Numbered from the stretch's first letter, positions 11,017 to 23,118 are shown. The stretch: DNA of 64,000 nucleotides from Ureaplasma sp. Hg1 (GCA_021378535.1 JAACJV010000002.1:27876-91875), one strand, 5' to 3'. Numbers and translations: made by a program. The notes: generated from the sequence alone by a model not told the origin.

Positions 11017-11955
11017 ATGAATGTAGTTTTCATGGGGACACCTTTTATTGCTGCTGAATGCCTTAAAACATTGTTATCAATGGATGTCCATATTATCGCA
11101 GTTGTGAGTCAACCTGATAAAGCTAAAGATCGTAAACAAAATTTCATTTTTAGCCCTGTTAAACAATTAGCACTTGATAATAATTTGTTATTATTTCAAC
11201 CTAATTTAATTAAAGAAATAAAAAGTGATTTAGAAAAACTTAATGTTAATATGATTATCACATGTGCCTATGGACAATTTATTCCAGATAATATTTTGAG
11301 ATTACCCGATAAAGGTGCATACAACATTCATGCATCACTACTCCCTAAACTCAGAGGTGGAGCGCCCATTCATTGAGCAATCATTGAACAATCTAAATTG
11401 ACTGGAATAACTATCATGAAAATGGTTAAAAAAATGGATGCTGGGGATATTATTTTTCAAAGTTCGTTTAAAATAGATTGTAATGAAACTTATCAAACTC
11501 TATTATTGCGTTTAATAGATTTGGCTAAATTAATGCTACGTAATCACTATAAGGAATTAGCAACATCAAATTTTAAAACAACTATACAAAATAACGATGA
11601 GGTTACATTTGGATACAATATTAATAAGCCAACAATGATAATTGATTTTAATAAGCCATCAAACGAAATAGACGCTCTAATTCGAGGGTTGTATGATAAA
11701 CCGATAGCGCGTTGCTATTATAATGGTTTGTTAGTAAAAATTCATAGAGCAAGAATTAGTTCAGATTTATCTAAAGTAAAATCGGGTACAATTACTAAAA
11801 TTACTAAAAATGGAATCTGTATAGCTTCAAAGGATTATGATATCGAAATATTTGAGATACAGCTACCGAATAAAAAAGTTTTAGCGGTAAAAGAATTAAT
11901 TAATGGCTCACATCCTTTTAAGATAGGAGGCGTTTGATATAATGAAGAAATCTAA
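11017..11955 (+). CDS. fmt: methionyl-tRNA formyltransferase
   Basis: MNVVFMGTPFIAAECL...SQPDK...HASLLPKLRGGAPIHWAI motifs. GGAGG RBS lies 8 nt before ATG 11017. Two in-frame TGA codons occur and the TAA stop is at 11953-11955. Confidence 0.9.
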
Positions 11956-13888
11956 ATACATTGGTAAATATGATTATATTGGATATTACACAAAGCCTGA
12001 ATATATGTGATTTTTTAGTAATCACGAAATCCAAAAGGCTATTGAAACTAAGATAGCTCTGATAGATCGTGATAATGATAGTGAAGAAGATAAATCATCA
12101 GAAGAAGTAGATGCCTATAATTTATATCGTGAAGCATTGGAAAGCAAAGATATTGATGAAAACAACGCTCAAATTCTTGAGGGTAGAATTATTGACCAAA
12201 AATCCAAAAAATATATTATCAATCAATATGAAATTGATGTTATATATGATTTTGATGATTTAAAATATAGATATCAAAGCATGGAAGAATTAAGTATTTT
12301 AAGTATTCGTTTATTCAATGAAAACGAAAATATCATCATTTTTCAACCTGTTTTTATTAAGGATAAAATGATAACGAAACCTGATGCAGTTATAAAAAAA
12401 GATGGAATTATTAATTTGGTGGAAACAAAAGGTACTACAACTACAAAATCTCATCATTTTTTGGATATTTTCTTTCAACACAATGTATTGAAAGAACAGC
12501 CATGTTTCGAAAATTACGATATAGATTATTTTTTATGCATAGTACATTATTGTAAATTAGACAGGAATGATGTTTCTTTTGTCATAACACCATTTTTTAA
12601 TTATGTAAAATCCATTTCCTTCAATAAAAAAATAAAGGAATCAGTTAGTGAAAAAGATTGAATTGAATATAAATCAAAACAAAAGCTAGGGGAAGGTTAT
12701 TTGTTTAAATTAATGGAATCATTTCCATTTAGTCTAACAAACGCTGTACATAATGATGTTAGTGAATTACTAATAAAGCGCGATGTAGTAGGAAACACCC
12801 AAGCAAAACTCGCAATAGATCGATTCATTATTTTATTAAATAGTGTTGTTTTAGAGTTTAATCAAGTCATTAAAAAATTAGTTAATCATCGTAAACAAAT
12901 GGGTTCAGAAACATTAATTAATCTAACATTGTTCAAACCATCAAAAGGTGTTTTAGGTTCTTTTAAGGACTGTAATTTTTGACCTTTATTAAGAAAACTT
13001 TATCCGATGCTATCATATAATGTAATAGATTATTCAGGTAAAATAATAGATCTTAGAAAGTTCGGTCTTGAGAATATTAAAACATCAACAAATCTTAACC
13101 AATTGATAAAGCAACCTAAGAAGAATCCTGACTTTTATATTAATTTGTTTATTAATGATAAAAACCCGTTTGTAATTTCATCACAAGCACGTAGCTTATT
13201 AAACAAGTTAAAATCAAAAAAAGTGTATTTTGATTTTGAAACTATCAATTCATCCATCAGAGCTATAGATGATAGTTTACCTTTTATGCAAATTGTGACA
13301 CAATGTTCAATTTTAAAAGATCATGGACTAGGAATCGAAAAGGAAATATGTAATAATTTAGTAATTGATCCCGTAAATATTAACACTAAATGATTCATGC
13401 AAATTATTGATGATTTATATGAAGGTGAGGATTATAGTTATGTTGTGTATAATAAGAGCTTTGAAAGTTCAAGACTTATTGAAATGGCAGCTTTTATTAG
13501 AAGCCCCCTTTACGATGCTAAAGTGATTACGATTACTAATAATTTATATGATTTAGCAGATTTTTTTAACATTAGTTCAAATACTGGATATCGTATAGTC
13601 GTTAAAGAATTACACGGTTTTTATTCTATTAAAAAAGTTTTGCCTTTGGTTAAAAAATATAATCCAGAAATTTTCGAAAAAACAAAATGTTTAGAATATG
13701 ATACATTGGATGTCTATAATGGTTTAGTATGTCAACAAGCGACAATGCGACGCTTCTTTCAAAGCATGGGTGACGAAGAATGGAAGGAACTAGAGAAAAA
13801 TTTAAAAGTGTATTGTGAAAATGATGTTCGAGCTATGGTTGCGGTTGAATACTTTGTTAAGCTACTTTTAACTAAATATAATATTTAA
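11942..13888 (+). CDS. DUF2779-like protein: N-terminal PD-(D/E)xK (Cas4/RecB-like) nuclease fold plus C-terminal DEDDy 3'-5' exonuclease fold (648 aa)
   Basis: ORFs 12137, 12701, 13007 and 13397 share a frame with ATG 11942. Motifs are KPDAV...LVETKG (D...ExK), then VYFDFET (exo I) and YCENDVRAM (exo III, Y-x3-D). The start overlaps the fmt 3' end by 14 nt. Confidence 0.7.
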
Positions 13889-14104
13889 ACGAATAATTAT
13901 AAAATGCAGTAACTTAATAAGTTATAAGACCCCTAAAATATTGAATAAAACGCCTGTATATAAAAACACATTTACTATATTTCGCTAAATTGCCCCTTTT
14001 TCTATATCATTAACTCCTTTATAGTTTATAATAGAATGGATAACTACCCTAATATATATAATCTATATGGTGGTTAATATTTCAGATTTGCATCGGGGTA
14101 GATA

Positions 14105-17100
14105 ATGAGTAGAACTTTATTAGAATTACGAACAATTTATAAGACATATGAACTTGAGGGCAAGGAAATAAAGGTCTTAAACAACATTAATTTAGATCTT
14201 GAGGAACACGTTTCTCTAGCTATTTTAGGTAATATTGATAGTGGTAAAACATCACTTATTAAAATAATGGCGCATTATATTGAACCATCTTTTGGTGAAG
14301 TAGAATTATTTCCATTCGATAAAACTCAGCCAGCTTTAGTTAATAGTGTTTTTCATGAGACATCACCATTCGAAGTAGCTAGAAAAAAACTAGGACCATC
14401 AACTACTGTTGGAGAGATGATTGAACTTATTTATGATTCAAGAAGAAATTCAAGCGAAAAAGAAGAATTGGAAAAATTAATCGAGGCTAGTGGCTTAATA
14501 AAAGTAAATGAAGAAGAAACAATAGATAAATTAAGTCATTCAAATTACAATAAAGCTAAATTAATTTCAATTTTAGCTAATAAACCAGCACTTGCTTTTT
14601 TTGACGATGCAATTAGTGATTTAAAATACGGAAATAAAATGAAATTCACTAAATTAATGGGAGAATATATTAGAAAACACAAAATGACTGTTGTAATGAC
14701 AGCGAACGACCCAGAAGATGTTGTACATATTTGTGATGAGTATATTGTTTTAGCAAAAGGTAAAATTGCGACATTTGGTAATGTTGAAATTCCTGATGGT
14801 TTTGTTAATTTTTCTGAAAGTGTTAGTAAATGAGTTGAAGTTGGTAAGGTTGAAAATCACGAAAACGTTGTTACATGATTTAAAAACATATTCAGTTCTA
14901 ATAGAAAAATTCTTGAAGAACGAAGATTACGAGACGCTGCGAAAAATCAATTATTATTACCAGGCGGAGAACCCGTTGATGTACCTAATGCTAAAGTAAT
15001 TGAAGCTAGTGGAAAATTAAATGATGATGATATCGAAGATAACATTGATAACCCAAATGTTGCGCCATCAGGGCGGGGTTCTTTTTTGGATCGTATCCGA
15101 GTTAGAGAAGGTCGTAATGAAGAGGCAGAAGAACCGCAAAATGACGCTCCTAGCGGTATTGAAACAAATAATGACGAACGTCGTAGCCAAATGGATAGTA
15201 TGAAGACAATGCAATCATTCACTGTTAAAGAAGGCTCAACCGATGAACAAAAAGAGTATCGTAAAAAAATAAAAGAAATTGGTAATGACGATGAATCAAG
15301 TAAAAGAAGTGAACGTGCTGCACGATTAGCTAGAATTCAAGCAATTGAGGGTAAAAATAGTCCTAGTAGCAATAACCCTGAAACGGCTAATTTTGCCAAC
15401 GAAACTCCTGAACAAAGACTAGCAAAGCGTAAAGAGATGCTAGAAAGAATCAAGGCTAGAGAAGGCGGCGAAGCAACCCCAGATAATACAAATGATCATA
15501 AACCAGAATCAGCAGAAGAAAGACTAGCAAAGCGTAAAGCGATGCTAGAAAGAATCAAGGCTAGAGAAAATGGTGAAGCAACTCCAGACAATACAAATGA
15601 TCATGAAGCAGAAACTCCAGAACAAAGACTAGCAAAGCGTAAAGCGATGCTAGAAAGAATCAAAGCTAGAGAAAATGGTGAAGCAACTCCAGATGATACA
15701 AACGATCATGAAGCAGAAACTCCAGAACAAAGACTAGCAAAGCGTAAAGCGATGCTAGAAAGAATCAAGGCTAAAGAAAATGGCGAAGCAACTCCAGACG
15801 ATACAAATGATCACGAAGCAGAAACTCCTGAACAAAGAATAGCAAACCGTAAAGCGATGCTACAAAGAATTAAAGATAAAGAAGAAAACCCAGAATCATC
15901 AAATGAAGAGATAGTATCTAAAGAAGAAAATGAATCTGATGCTCATAAACATTTATCGCCTGCAGAACAAAGAGCTATTCAACGTAAACAAATGTTGGAA
16001 CGTATCAAAGAAAAACAAGCAAGTATTAAAGCGGGCCAAGTTGAAGTATCAAAAAAGAAGGAAGTTTTAAGTGCAGCTTCAATGGAACGTCGAAATAGAT
16101 TGGCCGCTATTAAAGCACAACAATCTAAAAAATCAACTATTCAATTAAAATTAGAAAAAGCAAAAGCAAAAAAAGAAGCTGAAGCATTAGCTCAAAATAA
16201 TGCAAATGTTAACGCTAATTCATTTGCTACTGAACAACATGTAAAAGAAGTGGATAATGTTGCACAAAAGCCGCAGCTTCCTAAATCACCTAGTGCTGAA
16301 CGTGCAGAAAGATTAGCGCGAATTAAAGCTAAGGAAAATAATTTATCTCCAGGAACAGCAATTACGGCTGAAAAACCGAAATTGGAAAAACCAGTTTCAC
16401 CATCACCAGTTGTTAAATCTGATGCTGCAATTGAACGTGCAGAAAGATTGGCACGTATTAAAGCAAAACAGCAATCAATTGCAAATAGTACCAAAATAGA
16501 ACACAAACCAACTACAAATACAATTGGAAATTCTACAGATCACAGTACTAAAACCCACGCTCCTACTGCTACCCACGCTCCCACTACCCACGTTCCTACT
16601 ACTCACGTTCCTACTACTCACGCTCCTACCACTACGAATGTTCATAAAGCTGCGAAACCAGTTATTGTTAGAAAAGAAAAATTAGTTGCAGAACAATCTC
16701 ATAATTTGGATGCAAAAGCAGCAGCACGTAAGGCAATGTTAGAAAGAATTAAAGAACGAGAAGTTACAACAACAAAATCTGACGTTAAAACTACAAATGC
16801 TAAAGCGATGATTGATCGTATAAAAGCAAGAGAAGGCAAACTTGTCATCGATGAAAATACTAAACCTAAAAAACCTCTTTCAATCGAAAGACAAAAGCAA
16901 AATATTGAACGTATTGCAGCAATGGGCAAAGGTAAAGATGATTTCAAGGAAATTGATCATATCAAAACAGAACGTAATCGGGCAAATCGCTTGGCACAAG
17001 CAGAGATTCAAAGAGATCAAACAATTAAATCATCAAGAATCCAAAAAGAAAATGCCGGACGAGCTCAAGTTCAACATGCCGAACAATTAAGAATTCAGAT

Positions 17101-18688
17101 GCAAGAATTAGAACAATTAAAAAAGAAACAACTTGAAATTGCTGAGCAAAAATCTGAAATACAAAGATTGGCACAAGAGGCTGAAATGGCGAAAATGCGT
17201 CAAATAAATAATAGTAACATTCGTAACGCAAGAATTAGCGATGAAAAATCACTTTTGAATCAACAAGCCTTAATGCAAAAAGTAAATTTCCGTGCACAGG
17301 AAATTGAAGATAGATCAAAACTTGAATTAAATAGAATTGAAAAAGAACATTCTATTAAAATAGGAATCTTACAAAATAGATTAGACGAAGAAGAAAAACT
17401 TCGTAAAATTAAAGAAAAAGAAGCTCAATTATCTTTAGAATCTGCAGTCAAACAAGCTGAACTTGTTTCCACAAGAATTGCGAATGAAAAATCTCTGGAA
17501 TTAAAAAGTACTCGAGAATCGCAATTAGCTAATCAATTATTAGAAATTGAAAAACTTGTTAAACAAATGGAAGCTTCTAGCGGATCTCGTAACGATGAAT
17601 TGATGAAAAACGCGATTGAGATGAAATATAAGGTTTTACATCAACAAGAATTAGCAAATAGAGCCGCTCGTGATGCAACGCTTGCGAATCAAAAATTAGC
17701 TAGACAAGAAAGAATAGCTAAAGACTTACGTATTCAAGCTGAACGAACTAGAAAATATAAAGTTGAGGCCGAACGTAAAAATTCAGAACATATGAATGAT
17801 ACCAATGTTGCTGGTCTTAATGAAATCAAGTTACAAAAGATGAGAATTGAAAAAATGTCAAATGATATTTCTGAAATCAAAGATTTAATTAAAGAAAGCA
17901 TTTCAAGTGGAGACATTAATGCAATGAATCGTATTAATTCATTAATTACGAATTCAAGCGTAAATAAAAATTTGAGTCCTTCCCAAATTATGGTGGGTCA
18001 CAATCCTGGAGGTAATTATAACTTAAAACCAGTATCTCAATACACACCGGGAGCTCAAGCCACTAAAGTAGTTGGGGCAAATGGAGTTGTGATGTCCAAT
18101 GTAGTAAGAACTGCGCCACATTATAAACCAATGAAGAATCCAATGATTGTAGCAAATAGAGCTAATAGTAAACAATATTTAACCGGTATTGATAAACAAA
18201 TTTGAGAATCAGAACAACGTTTGATGGATTTGCGCTTATTAAAACATAGAGAGGCAGAAAGTATTGTTCAACAACAAATGGAAGACGAACGTCAAAGAAT
18301 ACAAGCTGAGCGATTACGTCTAGAAGAAGATGAAATTATTAATGAACGAAAATATCTTCATCAACAACAAAATAGCTATTTACAAAACAAACACTTAACT
18401 CGATATCATGATTACGGTACATCTAACGCTTCGTACTATCCTCAAAGAAAACCAATGCAATATACTGCTGGCGATAGAGAAAAAATTCAATCAAATAAAT
18501 CTGGCGATATTAATGCATATGAATATGGCAGATTAATTAATCAGGCAACGCCGTATAAATCAACATCAAAATATCAAGGTTCTACTCAACGAGTAAGTCA
18601 ATCTGCGCAACGGTTAAGTGAAGCGTTCCGCGAAGCTAATAGACCTCTTAATTACGAAGATATGGAAAATTATAGAAAAAAAAAATAA
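14105..18688 (+). CDS. 1527-aa chimeric protein: N-terminal degenerate ABC-type ATPase domain fused to a repeat-rich coiled-coil region
   Basis: ORFs 14105, 15086 and 18221 are in one frame. I read 14834..15086 codon by codon and found only TGA. Walker A GNIDSGKT is intact. The signature is LSHSN, Walker B is FFDD and the H-loop is TAND. I saw no signal peptide or TM segment. Confidence 0.8.
15401..15880 (+). repeat. in-frame tandem repeat, 105-bp unit (35 aa, ETPEQRLAKRKAMLERIKARENGEATPDNTNDHEA), about 4.6 copies
   Basis: AGACTAGCAAAGCGTAAAG recurs at 15416, 15521, 15626 and 15731, with a diverged copy at 15836. The period is exactly 105 bp, and the internal copies are nearly identical at nucleotide level. 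Confidence 0.9.
16553..16636 (+). repeat. in-frame 15-bp repeat encoding TH(A/V)PT x5
   Basis: ACCCACGCTCCTACT-type units encode THAPTATHAPTTHVPTTHVPTTHAPTT. Confidence 0.8.
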
Positions 18689-18747
18689 GTAACGGCAATA
18701 ATAGAATTTATGGAGAAAAATATAATTCAATAATAAATTTAGAGGAA

Positions 18748-18969
18748 ATGGCTAACGAACAACGCAACAATGTTGAATGAGCGCAAGATAATGTTGAACA
18801 TTCTCAGTTTAACCCACCACAATTAATCATTGAGGATGATGTAAATTTTATCCCCAAGGAATTATCTTACAAAAATACATTTTTGCAACAGGATAAACCA
18901 ACTAACCCTAATGTTAAATTAGCACTAAAAAGTGCTGATCGCCTAGTGAAAGGTTATCTAAAAAAGTAA
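18748..18969 (+). CDS. hypothetical small protein, 73 aa
   Basis: ATG 18748 follows an AGAGGAA RBS. One in-frame TGA occurs and the TAA stop is at 18967-18969. It was too short or TGA-split to appear in the track. Confidence 0.45.
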
Positions 18970-19112
18970 AATTGTAAATTTAAAAAAATAATATTACAAA
19001 CATTTAATCTATAACAGTGGTGTTTCAAGGCTTTTAATAATATAATATATATAAGTGGTAATGCATCTAATTAATAATGCAAGTATAATAAAATAAACAC
19101 AACGGAGGAAAT

Positions 19113-20627
19113 ATGCAAAACACAGCTTATGATACGATTTCTAAATATAAAAATATAGTCGAACAAAATATTGTCGACGGATTATTTGATTACTTTGGTC
19201 GTATCTATTACAAAATTGATCCTAATAATAAAGCGGGGGAAGTTAAAAATGAATATTTGACAACCCGTTATATGGATGAAGCGTCGCGACGTGAGAAAAG
19301 TTGAAAGCGAAATTTAATTTGAAGTTTATTATTCTTAGTTTTATTCGCAGTGGCTTTTGCTTGTGTTTGGTTTTTAATTGGAAATTCAGGGAATGATTTT
19401 AAAAACTATGATAATTACATTTATATCCCTAGTTGATTATTAGTTGCTATACTATTGTTTATTGGTGTACTTTTAATGATATCTACAATAGTTAATTTTA
19501 GTAAATCGTTTATGATGATGCGTTATTCAAAAGATCAATTAAAAAATTGAAACAATTCTTTTTACTATTTTACAAAAAGAATTGAAAAACAAGGAATTAA
19601 AGATGCAATTGAATATGGTATATCAGATTTAATTTTAGATAAGCATACAGCAAGTTATGAAAGAACTATTTATGCATTGCACAATCGATTATATACTTAT
19701 GCAGATATTCCAAAAGATGCAAGAAGAACTAAATATCACAATTTAACTTCTGGTGTTTATAAAAATAATCCTTTTACAATTTCTTATAGTGAATGAGAAT
19801 GGTTTCGTGAAGGACGTGAAATAAATGAGGATGTTGATGCAGCTTATCATACAATTAATGTTAATTTAAAGAGACGTTTACATCGTTTTGAGGATTCAAT
19901 GATTATTTTATCTATGGATATTGACGCTAATCCTAATCTTAACTTTATTCTAAATAATTTTAATGGGAAGAATATAAAATTACAAAATAATGTTTTTAAC
20001 TCCCTATTCAATTTAGTTGTTAATGACCAAAATTTAGCTTACAAAGTTTTTACTCCTTACGTTCAACACACTTATTCGAGATTAAAAACTTGATCACCAG
20101 TTTCTAAAATGATAAGACAGGTCATCAAAGAAGGCAATAAATTATATGTTATTATAGACGGTTTTAGCGATTTCTTTAAATTCAATAAAATAACTGATCC
20201 GGAATTAAATATTATGTTTAATACTTCAGAACGTTTAAGTTTATCGGAAATTAAGGTTGGTACATTAGATGAAACAGCTTCGCTAATGACAGAATACATT
20301 TTAGAAGAAACCGATCTATTATATACGATTTTAGAATTAGGAGCTTCATTGCCAGTTGATCCAGAAGTTTTAGTTTTAAAAGAACAAATTAGATCTCAAT
20401 ACATGATGAATCACCGTCCTAGAAATAATTTATTTGATGTTATTGCAAATAGAAGAGCACGAGGCTTAGGCCCTGAAGCTGTCGATTTAATGAATAACGA
20501 TTTTCAAAGAAATCGAATGCCAAACAATGCGCCTTTATGAAATGCCCAACAAGCTCCACTATTTAGACCATTAACAGTTACATCGTCTAGAATTGATGAT
20601 TCCCCAATTGGTGGAATTAAATATTAA
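19113..20627 (+). CDS. membrane protein, 504 aa, two TM helices near the N-terminus
   Basis: GGAGG RBS is present. ORFs 19113, 19899 and 20109 share a frame, and the gap 19305..19898 read codon by codon has only TGA. TM segments are LIWSLLFLVLFAVAFACVWFLIG and WLLVAILLFIGVLLMISTIV. Confidence 0.75.
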
Positions 20628-20677
20628 ATTTAATTAAAAAACACTTTACTTCACAAAAAGAAGTTATTAAAAGTAAA

Positions 20678-20730
20678 AGAGCAAGTACAAGACTTATGTT
20701 GAAATAAGGTCAGTATTTGCTCTTTTTTTA
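20678..20730 (+). terminator. probable terminator (long-loop hairpin plus T-run)
   Basis: AGAGCAAGTAC pairs with GTATTTGCTCT with 1 mismatch, followed by TTTTTTT. Confidence 0.5.
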
Positions 20731-21250
20731 TTGTTTACAAACGGAAGACACCTACTCACTAATAAAAAAATAAGATTATCAGAAATTGAAGTAGGAAATA
20801 ATAATTATTTTGAAATAATCTAATTAACAATTTTGAAATGAATTCAATAGTTGTAAATGATTGATAGAGTTTCATTCATTACGTTTATTGCATAGAGAAT
20901 TTAATATTATTTTTATTAAATATATTGTTTGTGCTAATTTATCTCTAATAAAGTGAAGAGTATGTTGTTCTCAAAAAGCTGTCCAAAGAACAGGTCCTTT
21001 ATAAACTTAACTAAAATGATAAAAAATGGGATAATTTAAATGTCACATAAATTACTTAAATTCAGTTAAATTTAATTTACGAGAAGTTAAAACATTTATA
21101 TTATAAAAACTAATATTAAAAATTATTATAATGTTTGCTATAATGATTTCATAATATTTAATTAATTTTAAATGGTATTTAAATATAGTTAGTAAATTCA
21201 ATTTTTATCAAATCGAAAATTTAAGATATAATTAAGCAATGAGGAATAAA

Positions 21251-21772
21251 ATGATAAAAAAACTATTTAGCGAAAGTAAATTTAGTATTGGAATTATAGT
21301 GGTATCTGTGGTACTTGAATTTTGTTTTGCTATTGCAATTATTTTAAATCATGAAATTGCCCAATATTTAATTTATGGTGCAATGATCCCTTTGGGATTA
21401 ATTAATTTAATTTCAATTGGATGTTTTAGTTATATTATTTATATTGATCGAAAAAAATATGATATAGGTGAAATATTTATAGTACTCTTAGGTCATATCT
21501 TTTTAGCGTTATGTTTTGCTCAAATTATTATAAATTACATACAACCTTTTGAAGGCGAATACACATCCAATATTACTAGTTTAACATCCGCTGCATTATG
21601 AATGATGTTGTTAATAATTGGGATTATGGGCATCTATAGTTTTGTATGTTTTTATAAAAGTCTTAATATTGAAAAATCAAATATTAAGATTTCAGTTCTT
21701 ATTGACGACGACGATAAAAAAGATCGTTTAAAAAAACAAGCGTTACGTATGGATAAAAAAAGAGGGAAATAA
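21251..21772 (+). CDS. small multi-pass membrane protein (173 aa)
   Basis: GAGGA RBS lies 5 nt before ATG 21251; an upstream ATG at 21239 is also in frame. It continues through TGA 21599 to TAA 21770-21772. Several hydrophobic helices are present. Confidence 0.6.
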
Positions 21773-21776
21773 TTTA

Positions 21777-22850
21777 ATGACAACAAAAGACATAAAATTT
21801 GAATTTGATAAGAGAATTATGGATGGTTATTATAGTGCATCTTATTTTTTGAAAACACAAAAAATTATTAAACAATTTATGCCAAAACAAAACGTAGCTT
21901 TGCAATTTGTGCATTTTAACGACCGCCCTATTGTTATTTGTGGAATTGAAGAAGTAGTCCAACTACTAAATTTTGCTTTACCGGCTAAGGCACGAGACCA
22001 AATATCTATTTATGCAAAACAAGATGGCGACATGGCTAGCGCCGATGAAGCTGTTTTAATCATTAAAGGTCCTTATCAATTATTTGGGTATTTAGAAAAT
22101 TTAATTGATGGAATTCTAGCACGTCGTTCATCTGTTGCAACAAATACTCATTACACACTTATTGCTGCAGGTAAATGTAATGTAATTTTTATGGGAGAAC
22201 GTAGTGATGATTATTTAATGCAAAAATATGATGGTTATGCGGCTTGAGTTGGAGGCATCCGATCTTTTGTAACAAACGCGCATGTCGAACTAATAAAAGA
22301 TGATAAAAGTATTACCGTGGAAGGAACGATTCCTCATTCATTGATACAGCAACATCACGGAGATTTATTGGCATCATTAATGAATTATCAAAAATGTTTC
22401 CCAAATCAACCTTTAGTTGGTTTAATTGATTACCACAACGATGTTATATACGATTTAGAGAGAATTAAACCAATTTTCAATAAACTTAGTGCGGTGCGCG
22501 TTGACACTTCAATTAGAATGGTAGATAAATCATTACAAAAAATGGATCCAGATTGATTGAACAGTACAAAACTTTATGGTGTTAATACAACAATAATGAA
22601 ATTAGTTAGAGAATATTTAGATAAAAATAATGGTAAACATATTAAAATTATCGCTTCTTCAGGAATTGATGAAGTGAAAATTTTAAAATTCAAAAAACAC
22701 GGTGCACCCATAGATCTTTATGGTATTGGATCATCTTTAATTAAGCCTTCAGTACATTTTTCAGGTGATTTAGTCGCTATAGATGGACAGCGAGAAGCTA
22801 AAGAAGGGCGAAGTATTAAAAAGAATTATAATAAATTAAAAAAAATATAG
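21777..22850 (+). CDS. pncB: nicotinate phosphoribosyltransferase family protein
   Basis: ORFs 21777, 22317 and 22557 share one frame, joined by TGA. The call rests on MDGYYSASYFLKT..., GTIPHSLIQ and VRVDTS motifs that are typical of NAPRTase / type II PRTases. Confidence 0.75.
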
Positions 22851-22893
22851 TAGAATATTTATATTAGATTTCAATTAGATAGAGGGTGAATTA

Positions 22894-23064
22894 ATGGCAA
22901 GAGGAGTATCAGTAGATGGTGACTTAGAATATGCATTAAAAAAGTTTAAAAGAATTTCTAACGAAACTAAGAAAGACACTAAGCGTCATGAATATTATTT
23001 AAGACCAGGTCTTCGTAAAAAAGAAAAAATTAAAGAAGCTCGAAAAAAACACGCTAAATTTTAA
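22894..23064 (+). CDS. rpsU: 30S ribosomal protein S21
   Basis: MARGVSVDGDLEYALKKFKRISNETKKDTKRHEYYLRPGLRKKEKIKEARKKHAKF. AGAGGGTGA RBS is present. Confidence 0.9.
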   Translation: MARGVSVDGDLEYALKKFKRISNETKKDTKRHEYYLRPGLRKKEKIKEARKKHAKF

Positions 23065-23095
23065 AAAAAACCTTAATAAAATTAAGGTTTTTTTA
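23065..23095 (+). terminator. rho-independent terminator after rpsU
   Basis: AACCTTAAT (23069-23077) / ATTAAGGTT (23081-23089), loop AAA, then TTTTT. Confidence 0.7.
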
Positions 23096-23118
23096 TCGCC
23101 TTATTTGTAGTTATAGTT

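Noticed and set aside
15401-16636. Regularly spaced direct repeats that might suggest a CRISPR array, of particular interest given the Cas9-like HNH at ~4.3 kb
   Set aside because: The repeats are contiguous with no unique spacers. They have periods of 105 bp and 15 bp, lie in frame and encode a sensible repetitive protein segment within a long ORF. I saw no CRISPR-like repeat-spacer structure anywhere in the window.
18676-18685. A10 homopolymer, and other A8-A9 runs (for example 6686-6693 and 28673-28681), as possible phase-variation switches
   Set aside because: The A10 run sits in the last four codons of the 14105..18688 gene, so slippage would barely change the product. The other runs are within housekeeping or long coding regions with no evidence of alternative frames. 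AT-rich genomes contain many such runs by chance.
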